Shown here: positions 1 through 11,978 of the stretch, in pieces
How positions within the stretch are numbered: position 1 is the first letter of the stretch
Layout: each line of letters starts with the position of its first letter
Source: Iphione sp. A-MEVVRFRX5
Lineage: Eukaryota
DNA: 64,000 nt
Direction: 5' to 3'
Assembly: GCA_976226885.1 (NCBI GenBank)
Contig: OZ320314.1
Location: 109,120,001-109,184,000 of the forward strand
The notes under the pieces: generated by a model
Database searches by the model: none
What the model was told of the DNA's origin: nothing
What the model saw: only the letters and a program-made list of their open reading frames with translations
Position numbers and translations under genes: made by a program

Positions 1-3000
1 CTTCCTCCACAGATGGCGGCCAGAGGTGCCGCCACCATGGCGGCCAATATCCAGACTGCGCAGGCGCGGTCTTTGATCATGTGACCCTCATTTGCCCTTG
101 CGCGCCCTCTATGTACAGGGTCAATGACGCGAGTCAATGATCCGAAGGTCATCGGGGACCGACATTAAAACGAGCGGTGTCTTCTGATTGTTTCTCTTTT
201 TTTTATATGGCAGCGCGAGTGAAAAAGGGTAGGATTAACTAGGAGGAAGTTCATTTAGTATGATAATTGGAAAGTGCTTAAGCGACTTAGTGTATAACCT
301 GAATGGTTAAGTAGACCGAAGAAACCATTAGCGAAGAAAGAAAGAGATACTAACCGCACTTGATATAATTCGATGGATTTAACATAAACTTCATAATGCA
401 TGCTAGTTTACGCCCGTTTCAGTGTATCAAAAGACACGACGAGTTTCCGCCATACACAACATGGCCGCGGGGCTTTTACTTGAAGCACGTTTAAAGGAAA
501 ACGCCCATGGAATCAAGACGGTCTAGTAAGCTACGACGTGTAAGTGGCGTATATGCAAACACACGAATTTGCTTTCACCAACTTCCATCGACACACGTCC
601 CCCACCTCCCCACACCTCCCAGTGACATGGAGCGGTCGTGTTAAACAAATCCCTTCCCAAACTGCAGCCGACTGTATTTTCCTTTGCAAGGCGAGATGTT
701 TTGATTGGAATCCGAGCGGCAGCTGGCTCTCCACCGCCGCCATCCATCTTTGAGGTGGAAGATTCATTCGTCGCTATGGGTCATCCGTTCGTGCCTCATT
801 GAGAAAACGCAGCCGACATCACTGAGTATCCATCTTTTAAAAAATCATTCAGAGCAGTAAAATACACTGTACGTATATATCTATATAGCACTAATTTTGG
901 CATTGTTATTAAATGTCCAATTATACTTTTTTTGCATGTTTAATTGTGGAAACCCTTTTAATCTAAAACCTGGTCTCCTACCACCAAAGAACATTTTTGG
1001 AGAAGTTTTTCGTCCCCGCGGGAAAACCTGGGAAAGATTGGCTTCTTTGTCAGATGGACTCATTGAGCTTGTTCATCCCTTCACTTGACTCACTACCGAT
1101 GGTTCCGACTGTTATTTACTGGGCAGGTGATAGCCACCTTTGCCGGTGCAAGACGGCCTATCTTGTAAAATCACCTGCAATATGGAACAAACGCACAACG
1201 CACACTTATCACATATATACCTCTGAGAGAGGGAGAGAGCTGCTGGTGTTGGTATAATTGCCATGCGACTGATGTTCAGGAACTGCTCAGATATGCTCAG
1301 CAGACTTTCGTGATAAGCTCCTCTGCCTGCTTGTGGCTTTTCAGTCCAAGCTGCCGGCGCCAGCTCTGACACCCGTTCGATTACCAGTATGTATTGTCAC
1401 TACGTGTCATGCTCACTTCAAAGACTTACCGCCGCAAGCCGTGACGCCTGGGGGCGGGCGGGGGTGGGGGTGGTTGGAGGTGAGGGGGTGAGACTGTGGG
1501 ATAAGGAGACCCTGGAGGTGGGAGTGTGTGGGCATGCTTTCAAGGGTGAGGTGATATCTGAATGGAGGAGGTCTTTTCCTGCCTGCTTGTCTGGTTTGCT
1601 GCTTGGGCTAATTAATATCTGGTTCTCTTCAAGCATGCTGGGATGGACTTTACGTCCAGCCAGGCACTGAAGAGAATAATTATGTAAGGGATAGGTATGC
1701 TGTAAGTAACAGGATATTTAACTGCTCATTGGTAGTGATGAAGTATTAGGAAGTGGTGATGATGTAGATATTTCTTGCAGAATGCAAATTTATTATCCTA
1801 CTAACATATTTTTAATGGCGATCTATGGCCAGTAGAAAAAATCCTAATGAATGCCGTTATTTGAAGTCGATGTAGTTCAAATCTTAAATTTCTGATTGGC
1901 TTCTAATCATGCAGTCATGAACACTTGACAGTTTTTTACAGCTCCGTTTCAATAAGTTGATTATTTAGTCCTATGGGGAGCAAAGAAAAGACCATGTCAA
2001 GCTTACGGAAAGCAAGTTGATTTGGAGGAGTGAAATGGTAATAGTAGCATACCGGAAAGCAAGTTATAATTTAGTGGCGAGAAACCGGCAACAGTAGTTC
2101 GCTGACTTAGAGTTTGCCGCAGAATGATGAGGATGGCTTGCTTCTCAGTGAAGCTAGCCAGAAATGTCAAGTAAACGCTGCGAAACGTTATTCCTTTGTG
2201 AAGTATCTTCGCATATCACTGACTCAAGCGCACAAAAAAGGGAGGTTGGGTGGGGGGTGGGGGGCATCGCCAAATGACAGCAACAGTAAAAATCGGACGA
2301 GGGAGGGAGGGAGAGGAGGGAAGATGATCCCAGGAATGCCTACGTGTATGCATCACTCATCTGCTGGGGTTTTTCTCCGGTTGGCAGTTGGCGTCGATTT
2401 TCGCAGTCGATTGGGCGGAAGTGGACCGCGACCCCGGTCGGAGCGCTTCTCTCGTCACCCGCTCGACGTCAGGAGGTGAATAGTCAATTAGCACTACAAT
2501 AGCAGCAGGAAGAGGGGAGGGGGACCTGAGAGAGTTCGACAGACTGGACTCTCTCCTCAAAGGCAGTCACAGTGAAGTTGAAGCCTGTGTCAAATCTTCA
2601 AAGCAACATTGAAGGCAATGCGTAATGACTGGAGGATCTTTGATCCGTATAGGCTGATTGAAATAATTGAATTGTTTCGTTTACGTATTTGTTTTTGGGA
2701 TGACTATTGTCCGGATAGAAAGGACTCACTGTCAATCAAACTTGTCAACGGAATAAGAAGGCATTTAGCAGAATGATTTATAACATTTTCCCAAAATAAG
2801 ATGTGACACTTCAATATGAAAGGAGGTATATGGAGATATACTAAAGAAATGACAAATGTTCACACAGATATCTAGTTCATAAATTACGGGAACCAAGACC
2901 ACCAAGGGAGACCAGACAATTTTCCCCTTAGCTGCAAGTTGTCCTGCTATCTACGTTCTTAATATCATAAAAACCCAGCCATTGGGATGGAACCTTATTT

Positions 3001-4189
3001 CGACTTGTCCTTCTAGTTCAGTTGCCAGTTAGCATAGAGAGTTGCTACTGAATGACCTAAAGAGAGGATAAGATATTGCCTTATACAATAGTTCCCACAG
3101 GATCTTCCTAAACTTTCCAACAAAGAGGCATTTTTGGAACTTTATCTACAGTGGATTTACACATACAAGGAAGTATTTTTGCCGAGTTTTATCAGATATC
3201 AATTTGCATTGATGACTATGTCTAAGATAGTGGGTGGAAGTCAATGAACTCCGATGAAACGGCAGATGTATAATACAGGTGAGTGTAAGGGTGAACTTAA
3301 TGTTTTGCTAAATTGTGTAATGAATTTATCTCCCCTGGGACTTAAAACTTCTTATAATGTTAATTTGAGATTGGGTGTTTAGCAATAGTCAATTGGGAAA
3401 GTGGCAAAGCACCATTTCCTCTAGACATCAGAGACATGACAATTTTACATATTTTCAGCAATATTATGGTAGTTTTCATTACTGAGCTCAAACGCTGTTA
3501 ATTATAAAGAAATGAACCAATGGAAGTTATATATCTCACCGATCTATTCTTCTCCATTGTCTCTATCATTATTATATATATCATGCTGACTTATGGACAA
3601 TTCACTAATCACTTTTAGGGCAACAATTTAACCCACTGCAAAACGTCCGAACCACATGCTTGCAGCATAGACACCCTGCAGCCTCTAGGCCTTTCCAGTG
3701 ATAAAACATTCATCTTTGAGCCATTGTAACTAAGGAAGTATGTAACAGGAAAATATAAAAGTTGCTGTAAATAATTGTTCATGTGTCCTTGTTATGCACA
3801 CAATGGCAAATAATTCTATCTGTAATATTATCATAGAATTTCAACCTTTCCATTGACTCCAAAGTAGGCCAGCTTTCTTTGTCTATGCTCATGTTTCTCA
3901 TGTTGTTTGGAGGTTGCACTATGGTTGGCTAGACTTAACTGTTACTCAAAAGCAATCAGTGAATTGTATAAACTGGTAGAATAAGCATGATTGTATAATA
4001 TTCCAACCTTGTAAAGTCCTAATTGTAAAAATATTCGGAATGATTTTACATCTGCTGCTGGTTTTTACTTTGAACTGGCATGATGTGAGTGGATCTCCGG
4101 AAACTTGACAGGATCCTTTCGTTTAAAATGCTGCTTCGGGTTTTCAGCACTCAGTTAAGCTTGTTTCTTAGATACTATGTTCTGATGTC

Positions 4190-4600
4190 CACACTGGTCC
4201 TACATACTATGCATCCTGTAGTCATGCTGGCAATAGTCCTGCCTGATATATGCACCCTGTAGTGTGTTCATAGTGGCCCTTTGTGTTATGTGTATCCTGA
4301 AGTGATGTTCGTAGTGGTACTCTCTGTTATGTGTATCCTGTTGTGTATGTATAGTGGTTCTTGGTGCTATGTGTATCATGTAGGGATGTTCATAGTGGTA
4401 CTCTGTGTTATATGTATCCTATAGTCTTGTTCATAGTGGTACTCTGTTATGTGTATCCTGTAGTGTTGTTCATAGTGGCCCCTTTGTGTTATGTGTATCC
4501 TTTAGTGTTGTTTATAGTGGTACTCTGTGTTACACATATCCTGTAGTGATGTTCATCGTGGTGCTCCGTGCTACATGTAACCTCTAGTGATGTTGTCCTG
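4190..4600. repeat. Degenerate minisatellite, about 40-41 bp unit (ATAGTGGTACTCTGTGTTATGTGTATCCTGTAGTGTTGTTC), roughly 10 copies
   Basis: The unit recurs directly in the sequence, e.g. at about 4391, 4433, 4472 and 4514. It produces the repetitive spurious ORFs 4361-4546 and 4405-4587. Edges are approximate. Confidence 0.85.
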
Positions 4601-4716
4601 TAGTGGCTTGCCTGTACGTAGAGTAGGAACCTCTAATGCGACCACTTCAAGGACCAGAATTCTGCCCTTAATAGGGGGCTACCCTTATTAGAGGGTTGCT
4701 TTTCTCATGTATTATA

Positions 4717-4896
4717 CAGTAAAGCATCTATTTCTGACCACTCCCATTTCCAACCATTTTCACTATTATGACCACTTGACGTTGGTCCAGATGCCCTTAT
4801 ATCTATATTATACCTTTTACCTATTGACAACCAGTTTTGCTACTAGGACCACTTGAGCTTGGAACCAAGTCTTGGTCAGAAATAGTGGTTCGACTG
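4717..4896. mobile_element. Short non-autonomous Tc1/mariner-pogo type MITE
   Basis: The left end CAGTAAAGCATCTATTTCTGACCA and the reverse complement of the right end CAGTCGAACCACTATTTCTGACCA form imperfect TIRs. TA dinucleotides flank both sides (4715-4716, 4897-4898). Confidence 0.7.
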
Positions 4897-5322
4897 TATA
4901 GCAATGCAACCAGCAAACCTTCCCCTTAATTCTGGGTAGCCCTTCTAGTGGAGCTGCTCACAAGATGAGTTGCTACTGTACATGTACCATTCATTGAAAT
5001 TCTTTAACAAAGTAAGAATTACATATGCAATGCATATGATGTTTCTTCTAAAGAGCGATAATTTCACTGGACAGTAAGACACTTAATACTAGAGAGGTCT
5101 ACTCATATGTACATGTATACATTACAAATGATATGGTAGAATGCGTTAAGCAAGATGTGGCATCGAGGCTTCAAAACCTCCACAACTTGTTACAAAGGCT
5201 GTGGATGTAAAGGATTCTGTCCCCTTTGGACAAAAAAGACGCCAGAAATCTAATCAAAATAAGAGTATGGGGCAATCCTGGGTGTTCTGGTCTCTCATTT
5301 CTCAGTAACAGATTGCAGTGTA

Positions 5323-6648
5323 GGGGAAGGGTGGGTAATTTGGACCCCCTAAGAAAAACATGCTCTAAAATCAAAATGTCTAAGCCACTGTACAAAAACT
5401 TTGCTTATTTTAAAGCAATAGGGGCTGCAGCATATATTAACAAACTGGAGGGGATTTTAGTTACATTAGTCTTTGAGTAAAATGCAATTGAAAATTTTTT
5501 ATGACTGATACAGTTTACCGAACAGGGAGGGTAAATTGGACCAGGTGCCATAGTCTGAACAGGTGTAAAATGAATCTAGGTCCTAGAATTGCAAGTCCCA
5601 TGAACAACAGCATGGCTTTGAAAGGTTTTGGTCACTATTAGTTGTAATGCCAATGGACTTTGTGACTTCTACCATCAAAATATGTACAACAGAATGAGAC
5701 CTGCATTCTTGGGGTATTCGATTCCTTTCATACCTGTTACTGCAACTTTATAAACTGTGTGTACATGTATATTTAAAATGTTTCACTAAACATTTTAAAA
5801 ACTGGAAAAATTTATTTGACAAGATAACCTCTCAGGTGGAAAAACCTCCTTGCACTAGTGACAGGAGCTTTGTTGATGACCTTCTCGAATACCTGGGCAA
5901 ATTACCAGACATCTACACCAGTTATCTTGCCATTAAAAGTCTAAAATATGTTAAAACCAAAAGTAAATAAATAAAAACCAATAAATGTTTCTCTATTTAT
6001 TTTCTTAAATGATGCCTTTCATTTCAATAAAAAAATACTTACAGTAGAAAAGGGCACATCATGGAGTTCCATAAACTTACACTACATTTACTCTCTTAGT
6101 TCAAAATAGATTGTTGTCATATGGTAACTCCTTGTTGAGACCAAATATGAATACCACAAGGTTTCTCCAAAGCTTGCTTAACAGATAAAAGAAAAGGTAA
6201 TGGTTGTGTAGGTAGATTGGACTGAGTCAGTTAGTTTGACCAGTGGTCCAATATACCCTCCCTCTAGTGGTCCAATTTACCCACACACCAATTCCCAGGA
6301 AAAATGTTTTCTGCTCATTTTTGTGTAGATAACAGAGACTAAACTTGATGTTAGTATTACTGCTGGGTGAGACAGTATTGATATAAAGTTATGATAGGGG
6401 TCTATGTACTTTCTGCTTGCAACTACATTGCCAAATATAATTGGTAAAATTAGATCAGTGAGACATAAAACCAATAATATGTCTCAGCTTGGCACATGTT
6501 TTTTTGAAGCCACCATAGTTTAGTTCTGAGACATTGTGTAGTTATATCACTTGTTGTTAGATGGTGCTCATATTCCTTCCTTGCCTGAAAATCAGAGATC
6601 TTGATGTGGTCCAATTTACCCACTGGTCCAAATTACCCACCTTTCCCC
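5323..6648. mobile_element. Non-autonomous TIR DNA element (about 1.3 kb) with TA target duplication
   Basis: GGGGAAGGGTGGGTAATTTGGACC at 5323 matches the reverse complement of the end at 6648 with 1 mismatch. TA flanks both sides. Internal subterminal copies of GGGTAAATTGGACC / GGTCCAATTTACCC occur near 5530, 6246, 6269 and 6608. There is no transposase ORF. Confidence 0.8.
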
Positions 6649-8315
6649 TACTACCCAAACAGAATATAGAAGAACACCTTAAATGATGGCTGAATCTAGT
6701 TCCTGAAATTAGATGAAAAAAGATGCTACAACACAGACTGTTCTTAATTCTGGTGATGTCCATATTGTGGTCTATCCACATTGTGATATTCAAATAAACT
6801 AGATTATAAAGTATTAATTTTACGCTGTATACTGTCCTTAATTCTAATAATGTCCGTATTGTGATTGGTCCGCATTGTGGTAATTGAGCGGATATGACTG
6901 GATCATCAAAATGACCTCCATATTAATATGCAAACATGACTATAAAACCCTGACAAAAACAGAACTGTGGGATCGGACTCGCATAGAATCTGGTTACATT
7001 TTAAAACGGTGGTGGAGCAGGAGAAGACTTATTACACGGACTGAAAGAGAAATGATTGTTCCGAGCATCAATTTCGCGGTGCGCATCTAGCATTCCACGG
7101 CGAGCACTGATGACCTGAGCGACTCGTACGGTCGCCACCGCCGCCTCCCGAGCTGCTCCATGACCGACGAGGCGTCACCTAGCGGCCAGACAACCACTGG
7201 CACCGACCTTATCAGGCGCCATAAATACGGCAGGAAGGGATCATCGCTCCCGCTTGTGGCCCCCACTCCCCCCCCCACCGACTCACCCAGCCGGCCTCAC
7301 ACCAGCCCCCCACCCCCGACACCTCCCCAGACATCTCTTAACTTCTTCCTACGGTCCCTCAACACACTTAGTCTTACGTAAAGGCTGTGAAGGCAGAGTT
7401 GCCATGAAGTCGTGCTTGTGCGAGGATATTCACAGCCAAGGGAAATTCTCTCAATTTTGCCTCATTAGAGAAATGAAACGGTTCTTTGCGTTTAGATTTT
7501 CCTGTTTAGAGAGACGACAACACAGTTGAGACACAACTGAAGTACAGACCACAGATGACCCCAAACCAACGAAGAGATGAAGACTTGAATAATATCAAAT
7601 TGGTTTATAGGTAATTCCTAATAATACCAGACCATGGGAGAGACTAGAACTATCGATTCCCTAGCTTCGTCGCCTCTGCGGGTTTCTATTGTACATGTAT
7701 ATCCAACCAGAAGCAATGGGGAGTGACACCATTAGTTGCATAAAGAATCAATAGGTATCCCTGCATAAAAACCAATTCATACACCCGAGAACAAATTGAT
7801 TCTAAGACGACGGAGTCTATAAAATCAAAACAAGCCAGTAAAATCCCCAGCGAAATGAATCCATTGAAAATCTTAGCGCCAGAGACGGAGGTGCATTTTA
7901 CACGATGATGAACCTATTCACAGAGTAGGACTGGCACAATCACACTCATCAGAAGGGGCCAACGGTAATCAGTTAATGCTCAGGAAAAAGGCAGGCAGGC
8001 TACGAAATATAGAAATACATTCGGTTGTTAAGAGGACAATTATTTACCTCTAGATAGTTTTATCACTTTTCTACACTAAAACGTAGACAAACTGCTTTCG
8101 TAGAGCACCAGTCAACTGTATTTAGTAATCATCCTAAAATAAGTTGCATGATTTAGGCAATGATGCCTTTTTCAATTTACTTGTAAATATTAAAGCTCTC
8201 AGCATAAACACAACATGGGTTACCATTCAGCTGTCAAATGGTTGCTAATATGAGCTAGTCCAATGGTAACTCATAACAAAGACCAACAATAGGACAAGAC
8301 AATTTTGCCCTTAAC

Positions 8316-8388
8316 AGTAGTGTAGTGTGGGACAGGATCGGCGTTCGTTTTGCTCACATGGCGATGAGACGTGGTTAAAGGTAGACGT
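8316..8388 (+). repeat. Left terminal inverted repeat of the Maverick
   Basis: It aligns without gaps to the reverse complement of 31839-31911, with about 57/73 identities by eye and 19/20 in the terminal 20 bp. Confidence 0.9.
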
Positions 8389-8818
8389 ACGTGCTTGAGG
8401 GTCTGATAGTGTGTTGAAACCTAGTTCTATTTGATAAGGCTCACACGTGAGGGAAGGAGGAGGGAGGGAGGGAGGGAGGAAGGAATGGAGGTATTAGATA
8501 TGGATATGGTGTTAAGAGTTTATTGATATTCTGATAATGAACAAAGCAATGGACGAATGAATGTAAATTTGGAGAAAGAAAGGAAGATTGGGGACAAAGG
8601 GTGTGTATTGAATTAAACAGAATAGTAAATGATTTGTGCGACTTACTTGTGAATAGTGTATGTAGAGGGATGATTACTGTGAATATGCAGATTAGTTCTA
8701 AGTCGTGAGTGATTGTTCACAGGAGGGAGACTTGCGGGTAAATGAGATGATCGAAAGGTGAATACATATATATATGTGTGTAGAGGAATAAAACTGTGTG
8801 AAACAGTTTGTGACTGTG

Positions 8819-9218
8819 ATGGCACAAGAACTAGTTGAGAGGACTTTTAAAATGGTTAGAGATAAAGGAGAAACAGTGGAGTTTTTAACAGAGGAAGGAA
8901 GCGCTAAGAGGAGGAAAATTCAAAGCGTACAGGAAAGTATGAGGAGAGTGGAGAAGATGAGGAAGAAACAGAGAACGAAGATGGAGAAAAAAAGGACAAA
9001 GGGACTAACAAATGAAGAGGTAATGTAGAGTGGTTGTAGGTATATATATATTATGTTTTGCTGACATAATTGAACTGTCAATTTGATAGTGACATATTAT
9101 ATATACATATTATATATATATATGTGTGTGTGTGAGGAGAATTGTTTTAGTGGATATGTATGTTGTATTATAGAGGGAACTACTTGCGGAGTTTATGGAG
9201 GTCTTCTCAGATGATGAC

Positions 9219-9282
<64 letters not shown>

Positions 9283-10045
9283 GTGACGTGACTGACAACA
9301 CATTAGAAGTTGCTAGTAATGACGATGATGATGATGATGATGATGATGATGAAGTTGCAATGGTAAGGAGACGAGACGGTGGTGGTGGTAGTGGCTTGAA
9401 ATCAATCAATTTGACAGACCGAATATTAATACTGATAATGATATTTATTGCTAATAGTATACATCATACAAATGATAAACAGTTAATTTTATATATATAT
9501 ATATATGTATAACTATATTATTATGTCATAAGGCGATTAATAGTGATTAGAATTAATTGTCAAAGCATAATTATATGATGATATGTAATGTTTGGAGGTA
9601 GAAGCTTGGACTTTCTACTGAGCTAAGCGTTGAAGCATGTAACTAAGTGTCTCGGAGATTGACAATTTGTTGATTGTTCATAGCAAACTGGTCTGGAAAG
9701 CGGCGAATTAGTTGGTGGTGGTTGTCCTGATAACTTTGCGTCTTCATTATCTGATGAGCTGGATGGCGACGACAACAAAAGCGACGACAGCAATGGTCCA
9801 AGCCTACCAGATGCCAGAGAGGAGGAGGAGGTGGTGGAGGTTAGTTGGTGCTGCGTTGTGTTAAAGTTCCTGAAATAAATGATAATGCGGTTTATTGCCA
9901 TGTGACATGACTGAACAGTGTTGTGCATTGAATAAACAAGTTTAATTGGTTTAATTGGAATCAGGTGATGGCAGTGGCAGAAGTTGCTCCTTCTACGTCT
10001 GCTGAGTCGAACAAGATGAACAGTTGTACTCCTACTGAACCTAAT
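8819..10045 (+). CDS. Predicted 5' coding exons of polB (8819-9019, 9174-9362, 9684-9839, 9965-10045): a basic helical segment followed by poly-Asp/acidic segments
   Basis: Four GT-AG introns, all phase 0, link stop-free exons into the frame of the large polB exon. Donors are gtaatg (9020), gtaagg (9363), gttagt (9840) and gtaagt (10046). Acceptors end in tatag (9173), catag (9683), atcag (9964) and tgcag (10137). No transcript evidence is available. Confidence 0.65.
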
Positions 10046-10137
10046 GTAAGTGGTAGAGTATGAGTGCGTGTTGATGGAGTTAACTGCTATGGGTTATCGT
10101 AGTCTGTTAATGGTAACTACTTATATATTACTTGCAG

Positions 10138-11937
10138 GTGAAGCGACATGCCTGTCCATATTGTAATCGAAAGTTTGCATACAAGGCAAATGCAGTAAAG
10201 CACGCTGTAACGTGTCAAGGGAAACAGAAACTGACGTGTCGAGTATGCCAGAGACGGTTTCAGACAGTGAAACAAAGGGAAACTCATGAAGAGCGATATC
10301 ACAAGAGACGTACACGAAGTTTTAGGTGCAGAAAGTGCAATGAGGAGTTTAGTAATAGAAGTGACTTGTACGAGCATGATGGAGAACAACATGGACATGG
10401 GGACGGTGATCTACAAAGACCAGAGTGGGAACAAGGGCGAGAGCCATGGATTCGAACGCGAACAAGACCAGATGGGAGTACAGAGATAGACAGAGGATTT
10501 GAAAGAACGTATGATGTGAACAGACGTCATATCTTAGCTCAACACATAATGGGGAGTGTTTCTGCGATATATAATTTTCCAACAAACAATTTAATCAATG
10601 GTAGGGATGAGTTCGTGAGGCAAGTGAATGAAATTGTCAATAATGAGAGAGAGGCGTTTAAAATGAATGTGGGGTTTGGAGTAATTTTGCGACATGTTGA
10701 GACTGAAAAGTATAGATATTTCGTTCCTTACAAAAATAGTAGCTTGTTTAATGAGCCAGTAATTATTTCTAAGCACAATGACATTGATAGTGTAGTTGAT
10801 AGACTTTCATCTATTGATGTAGACACTCATTTTACTGAGAGCAGGCCAGACACTAAATGGGTTTTAGAGGCAATAGTGAATGTAACTTATTTTGTATCAC
10901 GATTGGACTTTCCAATGGGAGCTGGATTTCTTCCAACATTTTTAAAGCGCAGACACTACATTGATACGCTAGATCATAATTGTGATGGCAGTCCAATAAC
11001 AGACTCTCTGTGTGCGTTCCGTTGTTTGGCAATGCATAACGGAAAAGCTGAGCTGATGGAACGAAGTGTGGAAGAATATTATGAGAAATGGAGGAGGTTT
11101 ATAGAAAGAAAGAGAGGAATAGTAATTAGTGCAGCTGCAAAAGAGTACGAAGGGATAAGTTTGGAGGAAATGACTGATTTTGAAGAGTGTTTTCAGGTAA
11201 ATGTGTATATTTTTGAGTTGACACGTCAAGAAACAGTGGTAATGCACTATCGACCATTTCATAAGTTTGAAAGGACGATGTACCTTAATATATATGAGGG
11301 CCATTTATCATTTGTGAACGACTTTCATAGGTATGCTCGTAAGTATGAGTGTGTGTTGTGCAGGCGTCATTTCAAAAGGAAATACCACTTAGAACGCCAT
11401 TTGAAAGGTTGTCCATTGCAAACTAAGTATGTATATAAAGGAGGATTTTACACAAATGCTCAGACAGTGTTTGAAATGATGGATGCGGTTGGGATATACG
11501 TTCCATCCTGTGACAGAACGTATACAGATTTTGCAGTATTTGACTGTGAGTCAATGTTGCGATCAATTCCAGTCGGAGATAGTCCCAAATTAAAGTGGAT
11601 ACATCGACATGAAGTAATATCAGTGGCGGTGAACAGCAATGTCCCAGGTTTTGACGAGCCAAAGTGTTTCATTTCTGAAAACATGGTCGTGTTGATGGAT
11701 AAAATGGTTGGTTATCTAGAGAAAATTCAAGAGGCTGCATTAATTAGGGCAAAAAGAAAATGGTCAGATGCTTTCCAACAAATAGAAATGATGAAACAAA
11801 GTGTGCAGCAAATGGACACAAGGAATATGTTACAAGTGAGAGCAATGAATGAGAGAGAGAATGAGGCTGACGAGGAAGGTGATGGTGATGAAGTGAATAG
11901 TACGGCTGAAGAGAGTATTGAGGAAGTAGTAAATGAC

Positions 11938-11978
<41 letters not shown>

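Noticed and set aside
1-2600. Possible gene or promoter (GATTGGGCGGAAGT near 2410; ATGGCGGC motifs at the start of the window)
   Set aside because: The motifs are promoter-like, but no coding exon or transcript structure could be supported.
9623-9928. Minus-strand 101-aa ORF
   Set aside because: It is better explained as the antisense shadow of the predicted + strand exon 9684-9839.
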